In this document: positions 48,984 to 61,801 of the stretch, one piece after another
Layout of the letters: every line of letters starts with the position of its first letter
How positions within the stretch are numbered: the first letter of the stretch is position 1
Origin: Malacoraja senta
Taxonomy: Eukaryota
Length of the DNA: 64,000 bases
Direction of reading: 5' to 3'
Assembly (NCBI GenBank): GCA_038087875.1
Contig: CM075996.1
Coordinates: forward strand, 2,916,001-2,980,000
Translations under genes and position numbers: made by a program
Notes under the pieces: model-generated
Databases searched by the model: none
What the model was told of the DNA's origin: nothing
What the model saw: only the letters and a program-made list of their open reading frames with translations

Positions 48984-50021
48984 TCAGTCTACGGTCAAGT
49001 TCTCGGTTTCTTTGGCGTATTCCAGTGCTTTTTCGTGGTCTGTAAAAAATAGCTCCTTGGATTTGAAGGAGACTCTTAGTCTTGCGGGATAAAGCAGGCC
49101 GTATCTCAAACCCGGTATATTCTTCAGTATTCTTTTTGTCTCAGTGAACAGCGCTCTTTTCTTGAAGACTTCTGCCGGATAATCTCGGTAAATACTGAAT
49201 CTCACCCCTTTAAAAAGGAGCTGTCCGCCTTGAACAGTTTTCCTCATTATATCGTCAAATTCATGATCCAGTTGTACCTTTACGATGATTTGTCTTGGGT
49301 GGGCTTCATCTTGTGTACGACGTCGCTGCGCTCTATGAGCTCGACCGAGTGAAGGTTTGTAATCCAATTTTAAGGCTTTTTGTAATAGGTCTGCCACAAA
49401 ATCCCGAGTGCCCATATCCTTCTCACTTCCTTCTTTCACCCCTACAATTCTTAGGTTCGTACGTCTTTGACGTCCCTCCAAATCGGTACATTTATCACTT
49501 AATTTGATCACCATTTCGGAGAGGCGTTGGTTTTCATTAATGAGTCGACCTACAGTTTCCGCACTTGTCGCCGCCCATTTCTCAAGTTCAGTTATTGCTG
49601 TTCTATGTTGATCGAGTTCTTGATGAATGGGGTCCACCTCCATTTTAACGCTCGCTTCCACCGAAGCGATCCTTACTTCCAGCTCTTCCATCTGTTCCTT
49701 GTCCTCCTCCTCCCTTGACCTCTTCCAGACTTCCAGTATTTCTTGAACGGTAGAAAGCATTTCTGCTTTAAAATCTACCTTAAAAGAGTAAAGCTCTTCT
49801 TTAAAATTCTCTCCAAAGGTTTTCAATTCGGCAGTAAGAAAAGCTTTAAGATCATCCATTTCAGTCTTTTTCTGTTTTGTTTTCTTCGGGGGCTCTTCCT
49901 GGGCAGTCATTGTACCTGAGGCCGAGGCCTCAGTTGGGCCTTCCTCTTCCATCGGAGGGGGTTTCCCTTTACCGGGTTTTTTTTGTATCCCACGGGGAGG
50001 GGGAGAACGTTGTGTCGACAT
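48984..50021 (-). CDS. L1 ORF1p (coiled coil, RRM, CTD), ~345 aa from the first ATG
   Basis: DLEGRQRRTNLRIVGVKEG, RAHR, PRQIIVK, IYRDYP, YGLLYPARL; the ORF-track start at 50030 is TTG and the first ATG is at 50021. Confidence 0.93.
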   Translation of the reverse strand: MSTQRSPPPRGIQKKPGKGKPPPMEEEGPTEASASGTMTAQEEPPKKTKQKKTEMDDLKAFLTAELKTFGENFKEELYSFKVDFKAEMLSTVQEILEVWKRSREEEDKEQMEELEVRIASVEASVKMEVDPIHQELDQHRTAITELEKWAATSAETVGRLINENQRLSEMVIKLSDKCTDLEGRQRRTNLRIVGVKEGSEKDMGTRDFVADLLQKALKLDYKPSLGRAHRAQRRRTQDEAHPRQIIVKVQLDHEFDDIMRKTVQGGQLLFKGVRFSIYRDYPAEVFKKRALFTETKRILKNIPGLRYGLLYPARLRVSFKSKELFFTDHEKALEYAKETENLTVD

Positions 50022-50604
50022 ACCGTCCAAGTCGCACTCCTGATAACGTCACGCGGCAGGCAGCCTTTCAGATCGCGATCGCTGCAGGTAAGACCCGATT
50101 TTTCTCCCGTTTCAGTTTTCTTCGGCACGGAGCTAGTTGGCGCTGGACTCAAGCCTCCATAGCGCCACCGGAAGTGCCTATCTCCACCAATGTAAAGCAC
50201 TTTGGCTAAACGAGAGTTGTTTTTTAAATGTGCTATAGAAATAAAAGTGACTTGACTTGAAGTGACTTGACTAAAGATAGACTACAGAGAGCGATGAGGG
50301 AAGAAGGCGATTGAGAAGTTTAGTTTAGAGGTGCAGAGCAGAAACAGGCCATTCGGCCCACCGAGTCCACGCCAACCAGCACTCCCCCGCACACTAACAC
50401 TATCCTGCTCACACGAGGGACAATTCTTTTACATTCACGCCAAGCAAATTAGCCCACATACCTGTACGTCTTTGAAGTGTGGGAGGAAACCGAAGGTCTC
50501 GGAGAAAACCCACGGAGAACGTACAGACAAGCACTTGTGGTCGGGATCGAACCAGGGTCTAAGGCAGCAACTTTACAGAAGAGGAAAGATGGGGGAAGAG
50601 GGGT

Positions 50605-51166
50605 CATAGAAACATAGAAAATAGTTGCAGGAGGAGGCCATTTGGTCCTTTGAGCCAGCACCGCCATTCATGTTGATCATGGCTGATCGTCCCCTATCAA
50701 TAACCCGTGCCTGCCTTCTCCTCATATCAAGTTCAAGGGAGTTTATTGTCATGTGTCCCAGATAGGACAATGAAATTCTTGCTTTGCTTCAGCACAACAG
50801 AACATAGTAGGCATTGACTACAAAACAGATCAGTGTGTCCATATATCATTATATAAATATATACACGCATGAATAAATCCCTTGATTCCAACAGCCCCTA
50901 GAGCTCTATCTAACTCTCTCTTAAATCCATCCAGTGACCTGGCCTCCACTGCTCTCTGTGGCAGGGAATTCCACAAATTCACAACTCTCTGGGTGAAAAA
51001 GTTTTTTCTCACCTCAGTCTTAAATGACCTCCCCTTCATTCTAAGACTGTGGCCCCTGGTTCTGGACTCGCCCAACATTGGGAACATTTTTCCTGCATCT
51101 AACTTGTCCAGTCCTTTTATAATTTTATATGTTTCTATAAGATAACCCCCTCATCCTTCTAAACTC
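50605..51166 (-). mobile_element. CR1 LINE 3' fragment with a nested insert
   Basis: MFPMLGESRTRGHSL..LWNSLP.. Confidence 0.85.
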
Positions 51167-54100
51167 CTGACCCAGTGCGGGTCGGGAGAAAGGGGTGGAG
51201 GAAACGAGGGAAAGATGGTCCAGTGGGCAGGGAAGGCAGGCAGAGAACCACATAATAATGACATCTGCACGGTTCACTGCCAATTACTCCAGGAATGTGT
51301 TGACATTGACCTGAACCGAGAGATTCATTGATAGACCACTCCCTCAGACTAAGCAACTCATATTTAGCTGGGGCTGTGGTATGAATATTGAATAGTCTCG
51401 ACCCGAAACGTCACCCATTCCTTCCCTCCAGAGATGCTGCCTGTCCCGCTGAGTTACTCCAGCGTTTTGTGTCTATATTTGGTCTGAATGTTGATTTCTC
51501 TAACTTCACGTAACCCTTGCTTTGCCCTCTCTCTCCGTCACTCCCCCACCCTGGTTCTCCGACTAGTGTCACTGCCCTCCTGATGAATTTTTAACTGATT
51601 GCGTGTCTCCTTGTCACCTTCCCCAACAATTGATCCATTCTACATTTGCTTGATCACCGTCCCCTTTGATCTGTGTTTTCACACCTCGCCCTTCCACATC
51701 TCTATGTCTGCCCATCCCCTGACTCTCAGTCTGAAGAACGGTCTCGACCCGCAACGTCACCCATTCCTTCTCTCCACAGATGCTGCCTGTCCCGCTGCTG
51801 AGTTTCTCCAGCATTTCATGTCGAACCAACGTGCCTGATGCTGTTTACAATGGGGAACAACGACATGAAATGGGTGTGTGTTAGCTGTGAAATGAACCAC
51901 ACGGTGGCGCAGTGTTAGAGTTGCTGCCTCACAGCGCCAGAGACCCGGGTTCGATCCCGACTGCGGGCGCTGCCTGTACGGAGTTTGCACGTTCTCCCCC
52001 GTGGTGACCCGCGTGGGTTTTCTCCGAGATCTTCGGTTTTCTCCCACACTCCAAAGACGTGCAGGTTTGAGGGTTAACTGGCTTGGTATAAGTGTAAATT
52101 GTCCCTGGTGTGTGTGGTCGGTGGGGACTCGGTGGGACCTGAAGGGCCTGTTTCCGCGCTGTGTCTCCAAACAAATCTTGTCTAAAAAAAACGAACTCAT
52201 TGTGTCTGACCAGACCCAAGGCAACGATATTATTTACTTGTCCTGACGTCCTCTCTCACTTCCCCAGAACCCTGACTCAATCTCCAGTGAATTCGATGAC
52301 TCATGGTAGGATCAACCACAACGGGAGATATTTTTTAACCCTTCATACTCCAGAGATGTGGGAAATCTATTTAGCAGTCCCGACCTCTGGTAGGGGTGGA
52401 ACAGCGGCGCAGTGGGTGGAGTTACTGCCTTACAGCGCCGGAGACCCGGGTTCGATCCTGACTACGGGTTGCCTTTCCTATCCATGTACCTGTTCAAATG
52501 CCTCTTCGTTTTTTTTAGTTTAGAGATACAGCGCGGAAACAGGCCCTTCGGCCCACCGAGTCCGGGCCCACCAGCGATCCCCGCACATTAACACTATCCT
52601 ACACACACTAGGGACAAATTTACATTTATACCAAGCCAATTAACCTACAAACATGTACGTCTTCGGAGTGAGGGAGGAAACTGAAGATCTCGGAGAAAAC
52701 CCTCGCAGGTCACGGGGAGAACGTACAAACTCCGTACAGACTGCAACCGTAGTCGGGATCGAACCCGGGTCTCCGGCAAATGCTGGAAGGCAGCAACTGT
52801 GCCACTCACGCACCATAGTCTCAGCCTCAACTACCTCCTCTAGCAGCTTGTTCCATGCACCCACCACCCAGAAAAGTGACGCCTCAGGTTCCTATTAAAT
52901 CTCCACCCCCCCCCCCCTCCCTCCCCCCATCACCTTAAACCTGTGTCCTCTGGTTCTCGATATCCCTACTCTGGGCAAGAGACTCTGTGCGTCTACCCGC
53001 GATCTATTCCTCCCATGATTTTATACACCTCTATAAGATCACCCCTCATCTGCCTGTGCTCCAAGGAATAGTCCCAGCCGGTGACTTTTCGGCGACTGCC
53101 GGCACCCGGCACTAATTACCGTCCACAGGGCCCACGGCTGAAGCCTCCGAAGCCTTGCATGCACGCAAGAAGTTGTGCCCCCCCCCCCTGTCCCCCCCCA
53201 GGTTTTAATATTGATTTCCGTGATTGGGAGAGAGATTATTTTGTGTGAGCTACGGAATTGATTAGTGAACTCATAGGAAGCGATGCCTATCTAAGCTAAT
53301 AATAGTCACAGTCATACAGGGTGTGATTAAGCTGCAGAGGATGCAGAAATGATTCACAAGAATGTGGCTGACAACAGAGTTATAAGGGGAGATCAGTTCA
53401 GTTTAGTTCACAATGGGGAAACAGGCCCTTCGGCCCACCGAGTCTGCACCGACCAGCGAACACTCTCCGACACACACTAGGGATCACTTTATAACCAAGA
53501 CAATTAACCTACAAACCTGTACGTCTTTGGGGGGGAAACCGGAGCTCCCGGAGAAAATCCCACGCGGTCACGAGGAGAACGTACTGACTCCGTACAGACA
53601 GCACCCGTAGTCGGGATCGAACCCGGGTCTCTGGCGCTGTGAGGCAGCAATTCTACCGCTGCGCCACCGTGCCGCCCAGTTCGGCTGGGACTTTCTTCCC
53701 TTGAGAGATGTTAGCTTGAGGGCTGACCTTATGAGGATTTTTTTTTAAATCACGAGGCATAAATGGGGTAGTCACAGTCTTTTTCCCAGAATAGGGCGGC
53801 CAAAAACAAGTCAGTACACGCAAGTTCAAGGCGAAAGGGGCGAAATGTATAAATAAATAAACAGATTTAAGAAAAAATTTAAAAGATCAGAAGAGTAGAT
53901 ATTTCAGACAGAGGGAGGTGGGAAGATGCTGGTTTACACCAAAGATGGACACAAACTGCTGGAGGAACTCAGTGAGTCAGGCAGCATCTCTGGAGAAAGA
54001 GCAAGTGTGACATTTGGGGTCGGGACCCTTCTTCAGACTCTCTTTACAGTCCCTCTTTACAATGCTGAGCCTGGCGGTTGGCCAATCAATTAAACTAAGA

Positions 54101-54187
54101 ATGTACTCTGTTAGAGTTAGTTCACAACCTTAACTTAATCCCAGCCTGGAATTTATTCTGATCTCAGTCAATAATTCCGCTTTAAAC

Positions 54188-54788
54188 TGTGTGTCTGTGA
54201 GTGTGCGTGAGCGTGTGTGTGCGAATGTGTGTGTGACTGTGTGTGTGTGTGTGTGTACGTGTGAGCGTGTGTGCGCGAATGTGTGTGTGACTGTGTGTGT
54301 GTGTGTGTGTACGTGTGAGCGTGTGTGTGCGAATGTGTGTGTGACTGTGTGTGTGTGTGTGTGTACGTGTGAGCGTGTGTGCGCGAATGTGTGTGTGACT
54401 GTGTGTGTGCGTGTGTGTGTGTGAGCGTGTGTGCGCGAATGTGTGTGTGACTGTGTGTGTATGTGTGTACGTGTGAGCGTGTGTGTGCGAATGTGTGTGT
54501 GACTGTGTGTGTGTGTGTGTGTACGTGTGAGCGTGTGTGCGCGAATGTGTGTGTGACTGTGTGTGTGTGTGTGTGTACGTGTGAGCGTGTGTGCGCGAAT
54601 GTGTGTGTGACTGTGTGTGTATGTGTGTACGTGTGAGCGTGTGTGTGCGAATGTGTGTGACTGTGTGTGTGTAGTGTGTATATATATATATATATATATG
54701 TGCGTGTGTGTACGAATGTGTGTGTGTGACTGTGTGTGTGTAGTGTGTATATACAAATATGTGTATATATATATATATGTGTGTGTGT
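54188..54788. repeat. TG-rich compound minisatellite (~55-60-bp unit GTGAGCGTGTGTGCGCGAAT..GACTG..TACGT)
   Basis: Visible tandem array; source of the spurious HT/VC-rich ORFs. Confidence 0.95.
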
Positions 54789-57700
54789 CTTCCGTGGATT
54801 TTGAAGAAACAGCAGCAAAGAGAAGCAGGACAAAGCACTGATCGGCTCTAGCCCTAGTGGGAGGAGAGTTAGAAGCGAGTCAGAGGGGGGAAACAGTTTA
54901 AAAAGAGAGGCAAAACACAGACAGACTTAACTCAGAGCTTCCGTGGATTTTGATGAAACAGCAGCAAAAAGAAGCAGGAAAAAGCACTGATTGGCTCTAG
55001 CCCGAGTGGGAGGAGAGTTAAAAGTGAGTCAGAGGGGGAAAACAGTTTAAAACTGAGGAATTTCGTTTGTAAATTGGTAAAATGGTAAATTAGGCAATTT
55101 ATGAGTCAATATAAGCAAGACCGCTCTTAGGGTGCGGCCTTGTGAGGGAAGTGTGAGTCTTCGGCGAGGAGATTACACAAAACACTGGAGAGGGAGAGAC
55201 AAAAGAAGAAGATGTCAGGCAAGCTGATTCAGTGCGATGCTTGCAGTATGTGGGAGGTCAAGGACACCGCTGGTGCCTCTGGCTGCTACAAGTGTGAGAA
55301 GTGCATCCAGGTACAGCTCCTGAAGGACCGTGTTGGGGAACTGGAGAAGCAAGTGGATGACCTCAGGTTCGTCCGAGGGGCTGAGTCGTTCCTCGACGAG
55401 TCCTACAGCAAGATTGTTACACCGAAGGTACTGGAAGAGGGAAGGTGGGTGACAGTGAGAAAGGGAAGTAAACAAGGAATGCACAGGTCCCCGGGTGTTG
55501 TACCTCTTGTGAACAGGTCCACCCACATAAAAGCTGTCGGGCCAGAAGACTGAGCGGTGGACTGGCTTGCGAAGCAAAAAGTACTGTTGAGCCAAAACCA
55601 AGGAGGCCGACGTCAGGTAACGCAGTGGTGGTTGGAGACTCCATTGTGAGAGGTACGGACAGAGGTTTCTGCGGCAACAGACGGGATTCGAGGATGGCGT
55701 GCTGCCTCCCGGGTGCCAGGATCCAGGATGACACGGACAGAGTGCAGAAAATCCTCAAGGGCGAAGGTGAACAGCCGGAAGTTGTAGTGCATGTTGGCAC
55801 AAACGATGTCGGAAAGAAGGGGATGAATATTCTGCAGCGTGACTTTAGAGAGCTCGGAAAAATGCTGAAAAGCAGGACCTCCAGGGTGGTTATCTCCGTT
55901 TTGCTTCCAGTTCCTCGTGCTGGCGAGAGCAGGAACAGGGAGATACGGGACCTGAATGTGTGACTGAGGAACTGGTGCAGGGGGCAGGGATTTAAATTCT
56001 TAGACCACTGGGATCTGTTTTGGAGTAAGGGGGAACTGCACAAAAGGAACAGATTGCACCTTAACAGGTGGGGGACCGGCATTCTGGCAGGCAGGTTTGC
56101 CACTGCGACACAGGTGGTTTTAAACTAAATAAGGGGGGGGGGGTGTCAAATGGGATAGTCGAGGATGGAGTTAAAGGGAAAGGGAGTAAAGGGATGGTTA
56201 ATGACCCCAGAATTAACGGGAAAGATAGCTCACAAAGGGATAGGAGAGTATGGCCAAGTGTAGTAGGGATCGAAGTGAATGGTGAGATGCGTAAGGAATT
56301 AAAAGTACTGTATTTGAATGCGCGAAGTATAAGAAGTAAAGTAGATGAGCTTGAGGCTCAGATAGAGGATGGTAGATATGAAATTGTGGGGATTACTGAG
56401 ACGTGGCTGCAGGAGGATCGGGCCTGGGAACTTAATATTCAGGGTTATACATCCTATAGAAAGGACAGGCAGGTGAGCAGAGGAGGGGGGGTAGCTCTGC
56501 TGGTGAGGAATGGAATTCAGTCCCCTTGCGAGGGAAGACATAGGGACTGACGAGGTAGAGTCACTGTGGATTGAGTTGAGGAATTGCAAAGGCCATCTAC
56601 AGACCCCCAAATAGTAGCCCGGATGTAGGGTGTAAGTTGCAGCAGGAGTTAAAACTGGCATGTAACAAAGGTAATGCCACTGTGGTGATGGGGGATTTCA
56701 ATATGCAGGTAGACCGGAAAAATCAGGTTGGTTCAGGACCCCAAGAAAGAGAGTTTGTAGAGTGCCTCCGAGATGGATTCTTAGAGCAGCTTGTAATGGA
56801 GCCGACCAGAGAAAAGGCAATTCTGGATTTAGTGTTGTCCAATGAACCAAATTTGATAAGAGAACTCGAGGTAAAGGAACCGCTTGGAGGTAGTGATCAT
56901 AATATGATTTGTTTTAATCTGCAATTTGAGAAGGAGAAGGTTAAATCGGAAGTGGCAGTGATGCAGCTGAACAAAGGGGACTATGAAGGCATGAGAAGGG
57001 AGCTGGCCAAGGTAGACTGGAAAGGGGTCCTAGCAGGAATGACGGTGGAACAGCAATGGCAGGAATTTCTGGGCATAATCCGGAAGACGCAGGATCTTTT
57101 CATTCCAAAAAGGAATCTAAGGGGGTTGAAGAACTGAAAGAAATTTTCATTAGGCGAGAAATAGTATTGGGTAGGCTAATGGGACTGAAGGATGATAAAT
57201 CCCCGGGGCCTGATGGACTGCATCCCAGGGTCCTCAGGGAGGTGGCTCTAGAAATAGTGGATCATTTTCCAATGTTCAATAGATTCAGGATCAGTTCCTG
57301 TGGATTCGATGATAGCTAATGTTATCCCACCTTTCAAGAAAGGAGCGAGAGAGAAAACGGGGAATTACAGACCAGTTAGCCTGACTTCGGTGGTGGGAAA
57401 GATGCTGGGGTCAATTATTAAAGAGGTAATAATGGGGCATTTGGATAGCAGTAAAAGGATTAGTCCAAGTCAGCATGGATTTATGAAAGGGAAATCATGC
57501 TCGACTAATCTTCTGGAATTTGTTGAAGATGTGACAAGTAAAATGGATGAAGGGGAGCCAGTGGATGTAGTGTATCTAGACTTTCAGAAAGCCTTTGATA
57601 AGGTCCCGCACGGGAGACTGGTGACTAAAATTAGAGCACATGGTATTGGGGGTAGGCTGTTGATGTGGATAGAAAATTGGTTGGCAGACAGGAAGCAAAG

Positions 57701-58470
57701 AGTAGGAGTGAACGGGTCCTTTTCAGAATGGCAGGCAGTGGCGAGTGGAGTGCCGCAAGGCTCGGTGTTGGGGCCGCAACTGGTTACCATATATATTAAT
57801 GATTTGGAATAGGAGCAACAGCCTTCATAACAAGGGGATTCCAGTATAGGAGCAGAAAGGTTCTTCTGCAGTTGTATAGGGCTCTGGTAAGACCACATCT
57901 GGAGTATTGCATACAGTTTTGGTCTCCTAATTTGAGGTAGGACATCCTTGTGATTGAGGCAGTGCAGCGTAGGTTCACGAGATTGATCCCTGGGATGGCG
58001 GGACTGTCATATGAGGAAAGATTGAAAAGACTAGGCTTGTATTCACTGGAGTTTAGAAGGATGAGGGGGCATCTTATAGAAACATATAAAATTATAAAAG
58101 GACTGGACAAGCTAGATGCAGGAAATTTTTTCCCAATGTTGGGGGAGTCCAGAACCAGGGGCCACACAGTCTTAGAATAAAGGGGAGGCCATTTAAGACT
58201 GAGGTGAGAAGAAACTTTTTCACCCAGAGAGTTGCGAATTTGTGGAATTCCCTGCCACAGAGGGCAGTGGAGGCCAAATCACTGGATGGATTTAAGATAG
58301 AGCTAGATAGAGCTCTAGGGGCTAATGGAATCAAGGGATATGGGGAGAAGGCAGGCACGGGTTATTGATTGGGGACGATCAGCCATGATCACAATGAATG
58401 GCGGTGCTGGCTCGAAGGGCCGAATAGCCTCGTCCTGCACCTATTTTCTGTGTGTCTATGTTTCTATGTG
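54789..58470 (+). mobile_element. Near-full-length CR1 LINE, defective (frameshifts, stops, internal deletions)
   Basis: Tandemly duplicated 5' UTR; ORF1 zinc-finger/zipper (55212, CDAC..CEKC) and SGNH esterase (VVGDSIVRG, HVGTND); ORF2 APE (YLNARSI, ITETWL, MGDFN, SDH) and RT (GPDG, NYRPVSLTS, YLDFQKAFD, GVPQGSVLGP); CR1 tail. Confidence 0.92.
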
Positions 58471-58808
58471 TGTGTGTGTACCTTGCCCTGTGTCAGTGTC
58501 AGATCCTCTCTGGGGCGGGCAGAGGCAGGGCCAGGGTGTGTGTGTGTGTGTGTTCTTGTGTGTGCACCTTGCCCTGTGTCAGTGTCAGAGCCTTTCTGGG
58601 GCGGGCAGAGGCAGAGGCAGGGCCAGGTTGTGTGTGTGTGTGTGTGTGTGTTCTTGTGTGTGCACCTTGCCCTGTGTCAGTGTCAGAGCCTTTCTGGGGC
58701 GGGCAGAGGCAGGGCCAGGGAGTGTGTGTGTGTTCTGGTGTGACTGTGTGTGCACCTTGCCCTGTGTCAGTGAGCCAGCCTCTCTGGGCCAGGGGCAGGG
58801 AATGTGTG
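58470..58808. repeat. Tandem repeat, ~85-100-bp unit (CACCTTGCCCTGTGTCAGTGTCAGA..GGGGCGGGCAGAGGCAGGGCCAGG(GT)n), running into the gap
   Basis: Four visible copies. Confidence 0.9.
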
Positions 58809-59008
58809 NNNNNNNNNNNNNNNNNNNNNNNNNNNNNNNNNNNNNNNNNNNNNNNNNNNNNNNNNNNNNNNNNNNNNNNNNNNNNNNNNNNNNNNNNNNN
58901 NNNNNNNNNNNNNNNNNNNNNNNNNNNNNNNNNNNNNNNNNNNNNNNNNNNNNNNNNNNNNNNNNNNNNNNNNNNNNNNNNNNNNNNNNNNNNNNNNNNN
59001 NNNNNNNN
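58809..59008. other. Assembly gap (200 N)
   Basis: N run. Confidence 1.
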
Positions 59009-61530
59009 TAGTATTATATCCCTGAATATTCGGATGGAATTCTTATACTTTCAAGCCAAGGGCTCTATCATAAGGGCAAATAGCAGGGTGATAAAGCACA
59101 TCCCTGCCTATTGCCCCTCGATAATTGAAATTTTGGAGATAACATATTATTAGTTAATATTCTTGCTGTCAGTTTATCATATAATAATTTTACACATACA
59201 ATAAAATTCTCTCCCATATTAAATTTTTGCAGTACTTTATATAAATACTTCCACTTTATGTGAGTACATTATATTAAACAGGCGTCTCAAATTATTAAAT
59301 GAATGTCTTTTGGGTATAAACCCTGTTTGATCTGGATTTATCAATTTACTAATCTTCTTGCTAAAGTCTTTGCTAAAATTTTCTGATCTGTATTTAAAAG
59401 TGATATAGCTCTATATGAGCCCGGTTCTTCTAAATCTTTATATTTTTTTGGTATAAGCATAATAGTTGATTCAGCTAATGTTTCTGGTAATTTATTTTCT
59501 TTAAAGGCGTGAGTATATAAATTAAGTAAACGTGGAGCCGTTATCTTGTGAAATCTTATATAAAATTCGTTACTAAAACCATCTGGTCCAGGCGTCTTAC
59601 CATTTTTCAACGATTTTATTGTTTCCCCTATTTCTTCAAGTGTAATCTGAGCTCCTAATTCCTCTTGTTCCGAGAGATCAAGTTTTGGAAGATTACAGTT
59701 ATCTAAAAAATTTATAATTTTACTATCTTCTATTTTAGTTTTAGATGTATATAGATTTGATAAAATTGAGCAAATCTATTGTTAATATCCTTAGGTAATG
59801 TTAGTAATTCACCTTTCTCTGATTTAATTTTAGTGATAGTGTTTTCCTTTTCTTGTTTTTTCAATTGACGAGCTAAGAGTTTAGGTGGCTTGTCACCAAA
59901 TTCAAAATGTTCCTGTTTTGTAATTTGGAATAATCTTATTACTCTTGCCGATAAAATTCGATTAAGTTTAAATTTCAATAGTATTATTTTATTATGTTTA
60001 TCTGTAGTTGGATCTTTGGCATTATCTAACTCTAATTGTCTAATTTCTTGTTCTAACATCAGTTGTTCTGTCTTATTCTTTTTATTTTGAAAGATTTGAT
60101 ATGAGATTATAACTCCTCTGATAAATGCCTTGAAAGTTTCCCATAATAAAGAAGGTGAAATACCTGGTGTTTCATTGTTTCAAAAAAAAAATTTCATTTG
60201 TTGTTTTAAATATTTATAAACCTTGTGGGTTGTTTAGGATTTGTGTGTTAAACCTCCAGAAAGATTTTTTACCCGGCATTCCCTCAAATTTTAATAGAAA
60301 AGTCAACGGGGAATGATCGGAAATAATACTATTGTGGTATTTAGGATTGATTGTATATGGAATTAATTTTGTATCCACTAAAAAATAATCAATTCATGAA
60401 TACGTTTTATGTACCGATGAGTAAAACGAATATTCCCTTCCAGTTGGGTTAGCAGTTCTCCATAAATCTGTTATATTAGTATTTTTTATATATGTATTTA
60501 GAAGTTCACTAGTCTTAGATTTTAAATTACCCCTCCTTTGTTTTACTGATTTGTCTAAATATGGGTCTAAAACGCAAATGAAGTCCCCCCCTATTATTAC
60601 ATTTTGGTAATTAAACTCTGATATTATATCCATAATTTTATTTAAAATTGGGGGTTGTCAAAATTCGGAGCGTAAATATTTATCATAGTCAGTGGGGTGG
60701 AATACATTTCTCCCGAAACTATAATATACTTTCCCTCTTTATCTGATATAGTATTCTTTAATTTAAATGGTATACCTTTCCAAATAATAATAGCCGTACC
60801 TCTAGATTTAGAAGTAAATGAAGAATAATACGTTTGACCTATCCAGTTTGCCTTCAATCTCATCTGTGTTTGTTGTTTCATGTGTGTTTCCTGCAAAAAC
60901 GTTATGTCAGAATTTAATGATTTTAATTGGGCAAAAATCTTGCCCCTCTTAATTGGTTCATTGGCACCCCTTATATTCCAACTGCAGAATGTAATTCCTC
61001 CGTTCTTTATTTGTCTATCGTCTTGCATTATAGATCAGTTTAGTATTTTTGACTCGTATGGTGCAACCAAATAACCTCAGAACTCTGGGTGTTGGGTGGT
61101 CATCCCGAACTTTTAAATTTATGTTACATCTCCTTCCTCTATAGTACATTAATAAGAAAAAAAAGAAAGAAAGTGTTGTGAAATTAATTAAAAAAAATAA
61201 CAAATAAGAATCTTGATAGTGATTTAAAAAAAAAGTGACGTTAAGGTATCTAAGAGAAGATACCTTAAAAACGAGAAGCCACCTAAGGTGGGGAAAAATT
61301 TATGGACTTCCGTTGATGTTGTTGTACATTGAGCTCCGTCCCCTTAACAGAGTCTCGTGAAAGGCTATATATATATAAAAAATATATATATATAGCCTAT
61401 AATATATATTTTTTAAATTTATCCAACCAGAGCAAGTAAAAACAGAAAATACTTCAGAGAGGGAAAAAAAAAGAAAGAAAAACAAAAACATAACGTATGT
61501 TAAACGTACAAGGAACATATTGAATAAGAT
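59009..61530 (-). mobile_element. Decayed L1 (inter-ORF spacer plus 5' part of ORF2), related to but distinct from the 44-50 kb element
   Basis: Frameshifted fragments MQDD..ITFCSWNIRG, LQETH, GGDF, FEFGDKP, GPDG, YRAISLLNTDQK; cut off by the gap; no ORF1 seen. Confidence 0.9.
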
Positions 61531-61801
61531 GATCATCAAACTAGGGATTGACACAAAAAGCTGGAGTAGCTCAGCGGGTCCGGCAGCATCTCTGGAGAAA
61601 AAGGAATAGGTGATGATTCGGGTGGAGATGCTTCAGAGGTCTGATGCGAGGGTCTTGACCTGAAACGTCGCTTATTCCTTCTCTCCAGAGAAGCTGCCTG
61701 ACCCGCTGAGTTACTCCAGCTTGTTGTATCCATCTTGGGTAAACGTACACTTTAATTTGATACAAGGTTGGTTGTTGGAGAGCGTGACTGAAGTTATGTA
61801 C

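Larger units (their letters stand above)
43817..50178 (-). mobile_element. Full-length L1-clade LINE, both ORFs intact, 16-bp TSD
   Basis: TSD TATCTCCACCAATGTA at 43801-43816 and 50179-50194; 5' end GGCACTTCCGG; AATAAA and a short A-rich 3' end; ORF1, ~1-kb spacer, ORF2. Confidence 0.95.

Noticed and set aside
54130..54841. Several His/Thr-rich or Val/Cys-rich ORFs, some over 200 aa
   Set aside because: Artefacts of TG/CA repeats; the same applies to 61939-62453 and 58325-59153.
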